Below are positions 36,311 to 50,195 of a stretch of DNA of 64,000 bases, piece after piece (positions within the stretch are counted from its first letter, which is position 1; each line of letters starts with the position of its first letter). Location: contig NC_067398.1 of assembly GCF_016432865.1 (NCBI RefSeq), positions 490,048,001 through 490,112,000 on the forward strand. Reading direction: 5' to 3'. The position numbers and the translations under genes are program-made. The notes under the pieces are model-generated. The model ran no database searches. It saw only the letters and a program-made list of their open reading frames with translations, and was not told the DNA's origin. Source of the stretch: Antechinus flavipes. Taxonomy: Eukaryota.

Positions 36311-39300
36311 TCCTTTTTATGTGGACTATTTCACACTGATAACACTTCTCTAGTAAATGGTAATGAACTCAGTATCTTCACTTTTATCCATTTCCCATTT
36401 TTCAGAATTTATAATCTACCTAAATCATTATATACAATAATTTCATTACATACAGTGTCCCTTCCTCTTTATCCTTTCTTTAGTTTTGTATGACTTTAAC
36501 CTTTTTTCTTTCCACTCTCTAATCAGACTACACACAAATCTGCAATTCTGAAATGGGCTTTCTATCATTTCCTGCCTATTAAAATGTAATTACAATATTT
36601 TATTCTTGCATGAACCTTTTTTGTCTTCCATGCAATTTTAATTTTTTCTTGAAGAAAGTATTCTTAATGTACAAGAGTGAGACATCTAAGTAGTTTTTCA
36701 AACCTTTGGTATCTTGACCTTTTCTGCATTTTCCTTTCCTCTGGAGTGTCTTGTTTGCTATAGAAATGTTGGTAGATTTTACAGTTTGAGATAGATTTTT
36801 TGGCATTGGTAAAGCTGTTTGAAGCAAATGAGATTTTGATGGTCTAGATTCCCAAGAAAGAATATGCCTAAATAAACTAAGAGTCATTTCAGAGAAAAAA
36901 GCTCTTGTGCTTATGTGGCTCATCTCTTTACTTCTCAACATTATGAACCTGAAGAAAAGTAATATTAACATGTTTATTAAATAGATTATTCAGTGTAAAA
37001 GTACATAGTTATTGTTATAATCTCTATTCCACTAATTACAAAGTAATACTAATTCTTATACAAAGGCATCTTTGGAAGATAATTTTTAAAAATTATATTT
37101 CTGTATTAAGTAACTACAATGTGTACAACATCTATTACTTTTAAATGTGATTAGTGTCTTAATTCTCATATTTAATTGCACAAACACTTTTTAGGTTTGA
37201 GCAATGAATGAAAAGGAAGATAAATAAGAGAACAATATCTCCCTTTTCTAAGGTCTATGTCAGGGCACAATTTTCTAGGGCTTTGCTTACAAAAAGAGAA
37301 TGTGATTGGTCAGTCAATCAGTCAATGTAAAAACTTTGGCTTGTGGCCTAAGCACTGTTGTGTTTTATTGTTGAAACATTATTAAGACATTTGTGAAATT
37401 ATATAGTAGTAATTTACTGATAAAGGACACACAAGGACATCAGTGTGTATACTTACTCAGTGCTAAGAAATAGTATGAGTAGGAATAGTATGAGTTTAAA
37501 CACAGCACATCTCAGTCCTCTGAATACAGCACTGTGATCTGTTGCTTCCTTAGTGAATTTGTCATGTTAGTGGATTGAATTAAAAACCTTTGTTTTTGAT
37601 AATGGTTTAGAGGATACCTAGGCTATTGAGTTAATGCCTCTTGGTTATTCTCGTGACACCCCAGAATATATCATCAAGAGTAAATTTGAACCAAGGATAG
37701 GGGAAATATTTCCTTTTATTTCTGCCTCAGTGTCTACATTATTAACCTCTCTAAGACCTAGAGATAGAACAGATCCACAATTTTGAAAATCCATGGAGAT
37801 TAGAACAAAGAGATTAGAACAGTTGGAGAAAGTAATATCTATCTATTCATATTTCTACCTTTCTATTATTTATTTATCAATTTATCTATCTATCTATATG
37901 TTAAAGTATATATAAATATACACCTGGTGTTTAAGCATTGTACTTCCACATAATAGACATGCTATAAAGGTCTGTTGACAGAATACTTAGAGAGGGGAAC
38001 ACAAAATATTAAAGGATGTGAAATTGCTTTAGTAGAAGTTGTGAAGGAGGTAGGTCCTGGAAAGGGAGTTGCTGTGTCCTCTCATGGCACTCTGTCTCAT
38101 GAAAGCCCCAGTTAATTGTCCTATTTATGGCTGCCATTTGGTTTGGACTGCTGAAGAATTTAAATGGATCCTTTATTCAAGACATCTCAGGCATTCATCA
38201 GCCATTGGCATCTTGCTTTTTTCTTTTCACAAGCTCTCTTTTGACTACAAGTGTGTACGACATTTATTAATTCATCTACTCTATTCAGAGAGATTTGAAG
38301 CCAATATCTCTTCCCCTTCCCTTTAAATGAAAGGAAGATAAAATTGAATAGAAATCTTTCATCTCAGTACCTTACATTTGAATGGGATAGCTAGACATGA
38401 AGTAGTTTTCTGCCACTCATAACTTCTTATGGAGTTATGTTAGTTGTTAAATGTGTTTTCTTTCAGAGCAACACAAAGCAATTTTGCCTTAAGGGAATAA
38501 AGAAACAATCTCTTATTTGTTATGCCACTTACCATCAAGTAGATGGCCATTAGTAAGTTGGTCAGCTTTATTCTAAAGTCTGAATACTTCTATTATATTT
38601 TACAAATGCTATTTTCCTTTCAAAATTTTATTGAAAATAATTTGATGGCAATTTCCATGGTGACAGAAGATGAGAAACTCACTTAGGACAATAATAAAGT
38701 GCTTATCTCTGAGTTATTGATAAAAAAAAAGTTATTGCTCCCTTTGTATCAATAGCTATTTCTTTCTTTTATATACTTAGATAGGATATACATATATACA
38801 CACATACATTTATGATACACACAGATATATGTTTTTAGAGGCAATCTGATTTGTATTTATTATTCCCTTGTTCCTACAAGGTTTCCCTATATTCCGTTCT
38901 TGAAATGCTGCTTTGTTAAAGGTAGCCTACTTCTGTTTTACTTAGGACTTCAACAATAGATTCCTTTCTGGATGGAGAAGATTTATCATTGTTTTATGTA
39001 CCAGTGCTTCTCTTTAAATCATCAAAAACATCTTTCTAATATAACATATATCACAGGCCAGATAAACCATTAAGTGGGTATGTTCATTTGAATTTTTATT
39101 CCATAGCTGTTGTTTTTGTTTATTTGTTAAAAATGCAGGTCATTTTCCTTGTGTCCAGCAAGTCAAAGATAGAAGAGTATATTTATATAAAGGCATGCTG
39201 TCACCCTTTCTATTCCTTTCTACCTCCAAGCAGGTGTAATTTTGCTACAAGGGAAATGTAGTTAGTTGCCTAGTCACCTGAGAGTGAAATTCTAGGCTAT

Positions 39301-40090
39301 TTTCCAACCTCTTCCCCTTCTTTCCCCAAATAAAGATTCAAATTAGTTTCATGCATTGTAAACACACATATACACACATACACGTGTGTGTATATATATT
39401 ATATATACACATATATCTATTCATCTATCGTTTTGCTTAATAAAGAATTCAAAGGACTTATGAAATCACCATAAAATGAACACAGAATAATATTATACCT
39501 GATAATGAGGAGGTATGAGTGAGTTTAAATATGGTTCAAGCAGATCCTGGATGATAATGTATCAGAGATATGAGAAAAGAGATCCTTTTTTTCTGGAGGC
39601 AAGTTCTAGATGACCTTTAAGCTCTCTCAAATTTGAAGATTCAGTGAATCTAAGTATCTATATAACTCAAGCATGACTATAGCTTATTAGTGCAATTTCT
39701 CTAAAGGTAAATTAAGTGTTGCTTCTTTCCTGAATGGGTGAATTACCATTTCACGATGAGATCGTAGTTCATTCATATTGGTAGCCCCTTTAAAGTTGCT
39801 TTAATGTTCTTCATGAATTACTGGGCCATGAGTTCCATCACCCTGAAAATAGCAAGCACTGAACCTTGCCTTTAAAATGTGTGTTCAGTGTTTTGAAACA
39901 CAGAAGGTACTGAAGCAAATCCTTAAGGACATACTGCAGAACCATACATGACTAATCTTTCAAATGCCATTCAGGTTGAGTCATCTGTATTCTCTTGAGG
40001 GAAAGATTTGACTGCATGATTTTGAATCCAAATTCATAATTATTCTTAGAAGAAATGCTGATCAGCATTTCATTTATTTGGGGGGATGGA

Positions 40091-40229
40091 NNNNNNNNNN
40101 NNNNNNNNNNNNNNNNNNNNNNNNNNNNNNNNNNNNNNNNNNNNNNNNNNNNNNNNNNNNNNNNNNNNNNNNNNNNNNNNNNNNNNNNNNNNNNNNNNNN
40201 NNNNNNNNNNNNNNNNNNNNNNNNNNNNN
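40091..40229. other. Assembly gap (N run)
   Basis: 139 N. Confidence 1.
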
Positions 40230-40734
40230 TCCAAGGCTTAATTGCTTCAGCCAGCTGTCTTGGACTTCCAGAGCATTATAAGTCCTGGACTGAGCATTCT
40301 TTCACCACTGTTCATTACCCCTGGCAGAAATTGAGCTGTAGCAGACATGGCCCCTGGGCATATTGAAATGCTTACTCTCCACAAAACAACCAGGTATTAA
40401 ATTATGAAAACACAAGTATATTGCATTACTGGGTAACTTTAAAAAGTCACAAATACTAGAAATCCATTTAAATACAAAGTGACTCTGGTTATAACTATAT
40501 TACACAAATCAACCATTTTAGTTGGTCCAAATTATCTTATTATTACTTGTCTACATGTTGTGGTACAATTTGATTTCCAGACTTAAGCAAGTAGTACTTA
40601 TAAATATTCTTTTCTTCTTAGTCAAGTGAATTTTTTTCTACATAAATCTTATCTTCTGCTTGTGCCTCTATTGTCTTCTAGTTGATAAATGAATTTTTTT
40701 CTCTGTATATGATAAAGAATATGTATCCAGGTAG

Positions 40735-40880
40735 GGGGGCAGCTAGATGACATAGTGGATAGGGTATCAGCCTTGAAGTCAGGAGGATCTGAGTTCAAAT
40801 CTGGCCTCAGACACTTAATACTTCCTAACTGTGTGACCCTGGGCAAGTCACTTAATCCCAATTGTCTCAGAAAAAAAAAT
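40735..40880 (+). mobile_element. WSINE1-type SINE, full length
   Basis: 'gggggcagctagatgacatagtggataggg...gaagtcaggaggatctgagttcaaatctggcctcagacacttaatacttcct...ccctgggcaagtcacttaatcccaattgtctcagaaaaaaaaa'. Confidence 0.93.
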
Positions 40881-41269
40881 GTATGTATGATAAAATTTTT
40901 TATATGTTAAAAGTGGTTGCAGTCACTTCTAAAACACTTGCCAGTTTTAAATATAGCAAAAATTGGGTGGCTACAAACAAAAACAAAAGTCTATCTAAGA
41001 GATGCTCAATAAAGACTATGAGGAAACAGGAAGAAAAGGAAAGGAAAATGTCTCTCTACTTCTACTTTTGGTCACACCTCTTGTCCACAACTCCAAGATT
41101 TTGTTGCCTCTGTATTCTCATTGAGCCCTCAACTATAGAGATTAGGCATAGCATATAGAGGTCCATAAATTATGGACATACACATCTGTTGATTATTCAT
41201 GGGAATACAGGCTAAGAAAAAAAATGTATTTAAATGAATGTTGCCTCCTGCAACTGACCCAAGGGAACT

Positions 41270-41660
41270 GAATGATGGGGAATAATTAAAAATTAAGATG
41301 CATTTGAGAAAACATTTGAAAGAGAAAGAAATAAGACTGAGGAAGAATGTGTTCAGCATAGCAAGCAATGAAGAATTCAAATAATAGTTTACACAAGATC
41401 ATGATAATATAAAAAGAAGCAATAAAAACAAAAACTTAGATCATTATATAAATACTCTTGATTACAAAGAATAGATAATAAGATATACCAAGAGAGAAGT
41501 GGTGAACTACAGGTTCAGAATGAAATGTATGTCTTATTCATGGTCAATTTTTAGTTTTATTTTGTTTAAATGTACTTCTTGGTTATAATGGAGGCAAAAA
41601 GACATTTAAAAATTATAGGAAATGTTTTAAAAGTATCCATAGCACTATAAAAATGAAAGA
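41270..41660 (+). mobile_element. Old L1 3' end
   Basis: A-rich L1-like 3' sequence, highly diverged. Confidence 0.5.
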
Positions 41661-42829
41661 AAAGAAAATAACACATAAACATGAGAAATAAAGTCCCTTC
41701 CAAATTAAGAGGAGAGGAATCAGGGAGAAGTTAAAAAGAGTTCTGAATAAGAATGAGAGTTAGGCAAAAGGAGAAGCATATCCAAGGAAAGAAAATTGTG
41801 TTGTATACTCTATGCTCAGGGCAGAGGGAACCTATTTCCTCTCATAATTTAACTGTCATTCACTGTTTTTGCCTTTAATACGATGGATCCAATTCCAGGT
41901 CCACGTTGGAAAGGGAGTTCCTTGCTTTGGTTTGATAAAATAACCAAATTAGGTTTTTTTTTTACCTGAAAGTCTTTTCTGAAGTTTTCTAGAGTGTACT
42001 TTCTATTGAAATTAGGGATAGCCGTGGAAGTTCAGTAATTTTCCACCATCATAAGAACACCTTTAACTTTAGTAGAATGATTTTAATGTTTGCTTATGTG
42101 TAGAAACACTTGACTTTGTCATGTGATAATAATGTTGGATGAATGAACGTGTCATTGGGGGGAAAATGAATGCACCTATCCTAGAATAATAGTATGCTGA
42201 ATTAATCAATATTTTTGCTTCAGTGCCACTTATTTTAAAATATATTTTAAGTCCTTGATTTCAGCTGAATGCATCTTTTCTATATTATGGAATTCAGATT
42301 GATTTCAAGTTTTAAAATTATATATAGATAGATAGATACATACATACATACACAAATATATTTATATATATTGGAAATATAGAACTTTATATTTCTATAT
42401 ATTATATACATACATATATTATATATTTCATAGAAAGCACAAACATTATGCTATCCAGCTTTCCTTAGACTTGAAGTAAGCCTCCATTTTCATTCTAAAT
42501 CTAATCTCTAAATAAGAATCGGAGGCACTGTATACCTCTTTGAGAATGCCCATAAAACAGGGGCAATTCATAGTACTGATTTTCCTTTTAATATTATTCG
42601 TTCCCTTATGTAATTGAAATTATAAGTGTTGAGTAGTATTCATTGTCTATCTTAGGAAATTTTGTAGTATAGTTAAGGAAGCATATGTACAATTTTTACA
42701 AAATGAAAAATAGAGTATATATCATATCATTTATATATGTGTCTGAATGTGTATATGTGTAGATATAATGTGTAGATAATATATGTCTGTATATGTATAC
42801 TATATGTATGTGTATATATACTATAGAGA

Positions 42830-43010
42830 NNNNNNNNNNNNNNNNNNNNNNNNNNNNNNNNNNNNNNNNNNNNNNNNNNNNNNNNNNNNNNNNNNNNNNN
42901 NNNNNNNNNNNNNNNNNNNNNNNNNNNNNNNNNNNNNNNNNNNNNNNNNNNNNNNNNNNNNNNNNNNNNNNNNNNNNNNNNNNNNNNNNNNNNNNNNNNN
43001 NNNNNNNNNT
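42830..43010. other. Assembly gap (N run)
   Basis: 181 N. Confidence 1.
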
Positions 43011-43215
43011 GATTCAGGTCTTTTATTTCATCACTATAGGGAACTCCCTCCACCATTTCAGATTTTCAAATGTTTTCTACCATATAATCTTTCCTAGAGG
43101 GAAGTGAATAGTTAAGTGGCTTGCCCAGGATCATGTATCTAGTATATCTAGTATATTCGAGAAGTTAGATGTAAATGAACGTCTTTCTGCCTATGAGACC
43201 AGCATATGGTTTACT
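43011..43215 (-). mobile_element. Mar3-like CORE-SINE
   Basis: 'tttcatcactatagggaactcc...gttaagtggcttgcccaggatcatg'. Confidence 0.6.
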
Positions 43216-44519
43216 ACAATAATCTCTAAACTTTATACATACATACATATATTATATAATATACATGCAGACATAAATACATACACACATATATGCATAC
43301 TCTTTCTATGCACATATATAAACACATATACAGCATATACATATATACATGTATGCACATACATACACATTCCTCTATCAGTGTTTTTTCCTCTTGTGTG
43401 GATATACTAGGGTTGGAATGGGGGTCCAGTGTATCATTTTTTTTAATATCCCTGCTCTATGTACCTGATTGAGGAGTCAGATTGCTGCTTAGAAGATGAA
43501 GGTCAAAGCTTGTAATGTAGAAAGGGATATAGTGAGAGATTCTTGGGCTGTAAAGGGTAAATTACGTAAGGCTGTGTTGGGGACAAGACCTTGATTATTT
43601 ATAATGAAAATGATAGGTTTGTGAACCATCTTCCTACCCTCTTGGTCACTGATTATACATACTTTCCCAGAATGACACTCTGCATCCCATACTGACTTTT
43701 GAGGATGAATGAACTGTGTTGTTCTGTCTAAGAGTAAACTGCTTTTTTATTACCACATGATCTTTGCTCTTAGAACCGCAGTATCTTTCCAACAATTTTA
43801 TCAAGTAATTTTTTCAGATAGATGACAAAAGTTTCAAGTGAAGCTTAATCCACCCAATATATCTATGGAATATCAATCTGTTCTCTAGGTGTTGCACAGT
43901 CCAATGGAAATAATACCACACAACCATAGTAGATATTATCAAATATAAAGTGTTTATCCAGTGCAATAATTACTTTATCACTGAATCAAGATAAGCCTAT
44001 AATAAACATTCAAACAAACCAACCAACTCTTGCCACAATCTTTTTATTTATTCTTTGGGTCTTACACAAGGGGAAGATGTTTCCTATAAATTGCAGCTTA
44101 ATCTCTTCTTTCCAGTGAATGAAAGGGTAGATTATTTGTATATTTTGCTTTCTGAAATAAATTCTTAAAGTTAAGGACTTGGGTTTTGTATCCTTTCTCA
44201 ATCTGAATATTTGATAAATGGATTTGAAAAATATTTTTAATCCTTTCTTTTTCCTAATTACTACTAAAATATAACTTGATCAGAAATAGGAAACAAGGAG
44301 TCTATAATCAAAGCCAAACTATGTATCTATGTATTTATGTATCTATCTATCATCTATCTATCTATAAGTATGAATACACACATATATAATGTATATAAAC
44401 ATACATATATAGTCATATATTTCATATGCTTGCATATAAATGAGGAGACATCAAAATTATGTAACAAAAATATCACCAGCAGCAGCATCTAGAATTTATT
44501 ACTCAGATAGCAGGCTAAA

Positions 44520-44660
44520 TGATTTACAAATATCATATCATTTAATCCTCACAGCCACCCTGGGAGGTAGATGATATTTTTATCCCCATTTATCCCCATT
44601 TTACAGTTGAGAAAACTGAGGCAAAAAAAGATCAAGTGGCTTGACCAAGTTTACACTCTT
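44520..44660 (-). mobile_element. MIR
   Basis: 'tcatttaatcctcacagccaccctgggaggtag...tatccccattttacagttgagaaaactgaggca'. Confidence 0.85.
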
Positions 44661-44904
44661 CCATCTCTGGTTCAAAATTTGGTATATATGTATGTATGTG
44701 TGTATATATAGATATGCATGTACACATATATGTGTCTATATATAAAATTAATACAAGACCATTTATGGAAGGGTAGTGCTAGCAGTTGGAAGACATCAAG
44801 AGATCTTGGTATAGAAGGTTCTTGAGCTTATCCTGAAGTGAGGGACTCTTATGCTGCAGTGAGGAAGGAGATACTTATGACTTTACATATTGTTTCCTAT
44901 CATT

Positions 44905-45022
44905 AAAATGTAAGCTTCTTGAGGACAAGGGACTATTTTGTTTTTGTCTTTGTATTTCTGACACCTAGTACAATGCCTAGCACACAGTAAGTATTTGATA
45001 AATGTCAATTGGTTGGTTATCA
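44905..45022 (+). mobile_element. L2 3' end
   Basis: 'aatgtaagcttcttgaggacaagggact...cctagcacacagtaagtatttgataaatg...tggttggtt'. Confidence 0.85.
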
Positions 45023-46989
45023 CACTGATAGATAATTCTAGATCTTCACTAATGAATAATAAATAAAATCTCTTCTTTCCTGCTTTCACGAGCAATTTCA
45101 ATTGAGATCACTTAAACAAGCCAATGTTTTCCAGCCAAGCCATATGAGCTCAAATATGCTCAACAGCTTTGTAAAAAGATTGAGTCATGCCAGGATTGGC
45201 TTGTTGGTGGACCACTGGCTGAACCAGAACATGCAAACATTTGCTTCTTTTTATAAGCTGAATTGAAATATTTTCAAATGGATTACTGGGGAGTAAAATT
45301 GATAAGGAGAATTTCAGGAATTAAATATTAAGATGCTTTAAGTGTGTAAATAATATAATGTGGTCAAACACAACTGTGGAAAGATCATACAGGAGAAAGG
45401 GGGAAAGCATTCTAGATGTGTGTTTATCACCTCTCCTCTTAATACTTGATATAGAGTCATAATTGCATTTTTCTCATGAAGTTCTTAAAAACAATTGTTA
45501 TTTAGGCCTCTACATTTGTAACTGTATTGCGACATACTCACATACTGCCTTTTTCATTTTATGAAGGGGACCACTGACTTGAAAACAGATGACAGGTTTA
45601 TTAATGTATTAAACACAGGAAATATGCCCTTCTTTCTCTATATCTATTCTATGTCATTGATGCTCCTCAGAGTTTGCATAAAATACATATTTCTAATATC
45701 CTTTGAATACGTGACATTTTGTCAAAAATGACCTATTTGCTCTAGTGTGTTTCTCCTAGAATGATGCCTCCTGGGTCTCTGGTGACAGAGAATATAAAAC
45801 GTCTGAGGAGCAGTTAATGTTCTTTCTTTTGAAGACAGTGAGTTGGTGAGATCACACGCTAGGCAACTGAAACCTGAAACATCACAAAGGTATTTTCGGG
45901 ACTCTGGCACTTGGCGAATGAGATATGAAATGGATTTCCTGTGGCTCAGCACCCTGGAGCCTTGTCACAATAGATAAGGCCAAGTCAAAAAGGGCTGCAT
46001 TAGTTCCTAAATGCTACTAAATGGTGTTGCTAATAACAAAATTGCAGTTTCATTCTAGGATACACAGACTGTAACACTCTGTCCTTTTTTTTTTTTTGAT
46101 AACTTCACACTAGCAACAAAAAACTATATGGAAAGACAACCCAACCTGGAAATCAGATCAAAGAGTAAATCTACACAGTGATATAATCTATATGTACATG
46201 TGGTATAATTATGTACAAATAATCTATACATATACATTGATAAATCTATACATTCTGCTCCATCTCTGGCTCAAAAGTTGGTATAAAACTCATCTATGGA
46301 AGTTCTCTATATTTTAGCTTGTTTTTGTAAGTACTCAGCTTGTTATATTTTCATTTATTAATATGTTGTCTTATTTAAATGGTTGCATATATGTGCATAT
46401 ACTTATATCTATCTCTCTCTATAAACATATATGTATGCATAGATATCACATCAAAAGACTTAAATATGATTATAACTTTGTCAAGAACACAGACTATCTC
46501 AATGTAATTTTATCTCCCTCTCTTTCTTCTACTCACAGTATATTCAGTGCAGAGCTTCATGCAAGGTAGGTTTTCAAGGGATGTTTTAGTTTAGTTTGAT
46601 TTGTTCCTTGTTCAATTGGCTTCTTTCTTATTTAAAGTAGTTTTCTGCCATATGGGATTTTTACCTTCCAGACTATATTCCATTGCAAATAATCTCTTTT
46701 ATACCTATATTTCATGTTTTGAGATTCCATTTTTGGTATTCTCTGACTAAAGACCCTTTCTCGCCATGTACATTTAATTTGATGAACATTTGCTAAGGGT
46801 CTAAGTTGCAGAACAGCTGCCAGTTTGCATGCATTAGTAAGGAGAGTTTCATCATTAAGGGTTCCCTATAGTAATGAAATTACAAGTCCTGTGAAAAGGA
46901 AAAAATAAATCTACAAAACACAACATGTGAGATGCTTCAGGAAGTCATGACATGAAAAAAGAAATGCCAGGGTCCTTGCTCTCCTGAGG

Positions 46990-47220
46990 AAGTTAAGTGG
47001 TACAGCAGCTAGAGTGTTGAGTCTGGAATTAATTCAATAATTGCATGTTTCTGAGCAATCACTTAATCTCATTTTTGCCTCAGTTTCCTTAACTGTAAAA
47101 TCAGGATAATAGCAGCATCCAGCTCCCAGAATTGTGAGGATCAAATGAGATAATATTTGTAAAGGGCTTAACATAGTACCTAACACATAATATGTACCTA
47201 ATCAATGATTATTTCCTTTT
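46990..47220 (+). mobile_element. MIR, near full length
   Basis: 'tcacttaatctc...gcctcagtttccttaactgtaaaatcaggataatagcag...ttgtgaggatcaaatgagataatatttgtaaag'. Confidence 0.9.
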
Positions 47221-49119
47221 TTCCTTCATAGAATCTCCACCTTTCTTCTCTTTCCTTCGCTTCTGTATTTTGTCCCATCCCACCTAGAGAGTGAATAGGC
47301 AGGGATATTCTATGGATATTCTAATGGAGCAGTATTGAAAAAATGTACTGGGCAGAACAATTACTTGCATGATCAAAATTTCCAACTTGGGTTTGCTCGT
47401 TGCTAACATTTGAGGGGAAGATATTAAAGGCACATGCTTCTCTTTGAGGAGAGGAATGGTATTTGTTTACAGTTTGGTAAAGATACTTGCACTTACTAAT
47501 GCTGTGTTTGTGATAGGAAAACAATTATTCTACATAATAAATTGAGCAAAAACTTTGATGAGATCTTAAAACAAGTTGTTTTTTCAAAGTAATCTGACTC
47601 ATTAATTTTTATGATTAAAACCCTGTAAGACATCAATAAAATCATTCTTCTCTCCCCATTAATGTGTCTACAGTAGAGTCACACATTAATTGTTGCTATG
47701 GTAATGAACATAGCTAGTCATTCTCAGTAGAGGTCTCACTCTTCTGCTATTAAATATTTATTACAAATTTAAATATTAAATAAAATAACATGCTTTCATT
47801 TCACTACTACTGTGTATCTACCAAATAGTTCATATACAGAATTGTGTATGGAAACATTACAAATAATTACAAATTAAATTATATATATATTTATATTGGA
47901 ATATTGTAGATAATGTCCCATATTTAATACCCAGGATGAGATTTGGGCTTACCTTTCTTTGTCCAATATCATAATGTTTGATACACTGATATCTTTTGGA
48001 GAGGAGTAGCCTAAGATAGTCATATCACCAAGGCTAAGGTGTCAATGCTATAGGAAAAGAATGTGTGGGAGGGAGAGGATGCTAGAAATAAAGTTTTCTA
48101 AGGTGGCCAAAAGGTTAAATTGGTGAAGAGCTGGGGTGAGTGAGTAGTACATGGGTAATAACTTTACTGGAGTTCAAGGATGCTTCCTTGAACAGAACAG
48201 ACAGTTTTGCTATTATCTCTTCAGAAGGGTTTTTTTACATCCTCAGTCAATTGCTGAGGCTTTTGACATCTTCGTAGAAGAGAAATATTGTTGACTTCAA
48301 ATTACTTTAAGCTACTAAGTAAGGTAGAGGGATGGTACATTCCCACTGCCATATTAGCCTGTTTGAGCTCTCTTAGGAACACAGTGCTTGCTTTTGTCCA
48401 CTTTTTCATTTCCATTCCTTTCAATAGGTGGCATTCTGCACACACTCAGACAGTGCAATAGTGTGTACTATGCACCATGAGGACCACATTTTCAGTCTTG
48501 ATTTCCATGATTGAGGGCAGATGTTATATGCCCTTAAGCTTGCTATTAGGAATATCTGGGATCACAAAACTGGCCATAGAATGAAATTTGGAGGATTGTA
48601 ACATTCTCCAAATTTGGAAAATAGAGCAAGCTTATCACAACTCTCCCAGCATCAGGATGGATGCAGAGATAGCGATATTTAAATTTGACATGGAAGCACC
48701 TTGTATCAGCTTCAAGGCATAGGATACAGGAGGGTGGTCAGAACTGGGATGGTCATAGCTAATTAAATTAAGTCAGAAAGAATAATTCATTCATAATTCA
48801 TGGTGGGTAGGCTCAGACTGGCTGTAGACAGTCAATCAAGCAGTGGAATCTAGAATCAAGGTGGAGAGGAGGAAATCGGATCTATAAGCACAAATACATA
48901 TAGGAGAAAAATAAGATAGGCTTGAGTTTGGACAATAAGTCATTGGGGTAACCTCAGAAAGAAATCTAAGAAGAGTAGGTACCAGAAAAAAGATAAAAAG
49001 TAATTCAATACTATTTAAAACTGAACTCATATTTTTTTGTATAACACAATTACTTTTCTCCCTGGCTATGTCATTTTTATTAATATACCTATTTTCCAAT
49101 TCACCCAGGTTTAGCACAT

Positions 49120-49470
49120 CTCTGGCATACTTGGCTCTTTCTTCTCCCTATTATCACTTCATTCAATCAGTTGCTAAGTTCTATCAATTGTAGCTCTGAA
49201 GTTTCTATCACATCTCTCTCCTCCATTATTCCACTCATTACCTCTGACTTAGGCTATTTTAATAGTGTCCTAATTGGTGTCTCTGGCTTTAATCTTTCTC
49301 TATTCCAGTTCATTCAAATACATCACAAGATGATTAATCATCCAAATAGACACATCTGATTATATCACTTCCCAATTAAAAAGCTTTCCATGGTTCCCTG
49401 TTGCATACTAAATGAATTAAAAATTCTTTAGTCTGGCATTCAAGGCTTTTTACAAACTTTCTCCAACTTC
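49120..49470 (+). mobile_element. L2 internal fragment
   Basis: 'tcaatcagttgctaagttctatcaatt...aatagtgtcctaattggt...ctttagtctggcattcaaggc'. Confidence 0.75.
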
Positions 49471-49984
49471 ATGTAGTCTCTGAAATGTTATTCATTTTTA
49501 TGTGATTCTTGATCAAAAACAGGAAAAGGAATAAGTAGAATCTGAAGAAGAAAGAAAAGATAAAAGTAGAATGTAGCTACTAAGACAAGGCAACATAACC
49601 AAAATAGAAAAAATAGAAGGCAAAGCAGTTGAATGAACAGTGGATGGGGAGAATTAATGAGACAGGAAACTTGTGGGAGACTGAAGAGAAAATGGTAATG
49701 CTTCTAGGATTTTTGAGACAAAGGAAAGGAAATTGAGTAGTGTTGGCAAGTTATTAAAAATATTGACTGTGCAAGTTTGTGTGGGAAAGAAGCTTTGAAA
49801 TTAAGGTGTAAAGATTCACAGAAGTGAAAAAAAAGACTCACAGAAGTTGAAAAAGACAAGGCTAAAATTTTTAATCAGTAGTAATGCAATGATCTACAGT
49901 GAGTATGCAGTGTTTGTATTTCTACCATGATTACTCTTATCTGTGTTATTAACACTGCTGCCTTTGCTGCTATTAATAGTACTT

Positions 49985-50195
49985 AGTATCTTAGAGTTTT
50001 ATTAGGTTTGTAATGTGCTTTAAAATTTTCTCACTTTATCTTCACAAAAACTCTGGGAGATAGGTGTTATTATTATTTCCATTTTACAAAGGAAGAAACT
50101 GAGGCAGACAGAAGCTAAGTGTCTGAAATCAGATTTGAACTCAGGTTTTCCAGACTCTAGGGTCAAGATTATCCATTATACCACTTACCTGTTTC
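49985..50195 (-). mobile_element. MIR
   Basis: 'cttcacaaaaactctgggagatagg...ccattttacaaaggaagaaactgaggcaga...gatttgaactcagg'. Confidence 0.85.

Larger units (their letters stand above)
42320..43370. repeat. Cluster of (TA)n/(TG)n/(CA)n microsatellites (42320-42430, 42715-42829, 43235-43370)
   Basis: Visible runs flanking the gap. Confidence 0.75.

Noticed and set aside
34189-36971. ORFs 34189-34584 (131 aa) and 36600-36971 (123 aa)
   Set aside because: AT-driven composition, no recognisable homology, and no convincing splice or Kozak context.
39379-39390. CACGTG E-box
   Set aside because: Created at the junction of (CA)n and (TG)n microsatellites.
40735-40810. tRNA-like A/B boxes (also in the other WSINE1 and MAR1 heads)
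   Set aside because: These are tRNA-derived SINE heads followed by the CORE and tail; no cloverleaf or tRNA gene.
693-43107. ORFs containing X runs (693-920, 1689-2027, 1694-1945, 40055-40366, 40078-40281, 42727-43107)
   Set aside because: Artefacts of reading through N gaps.
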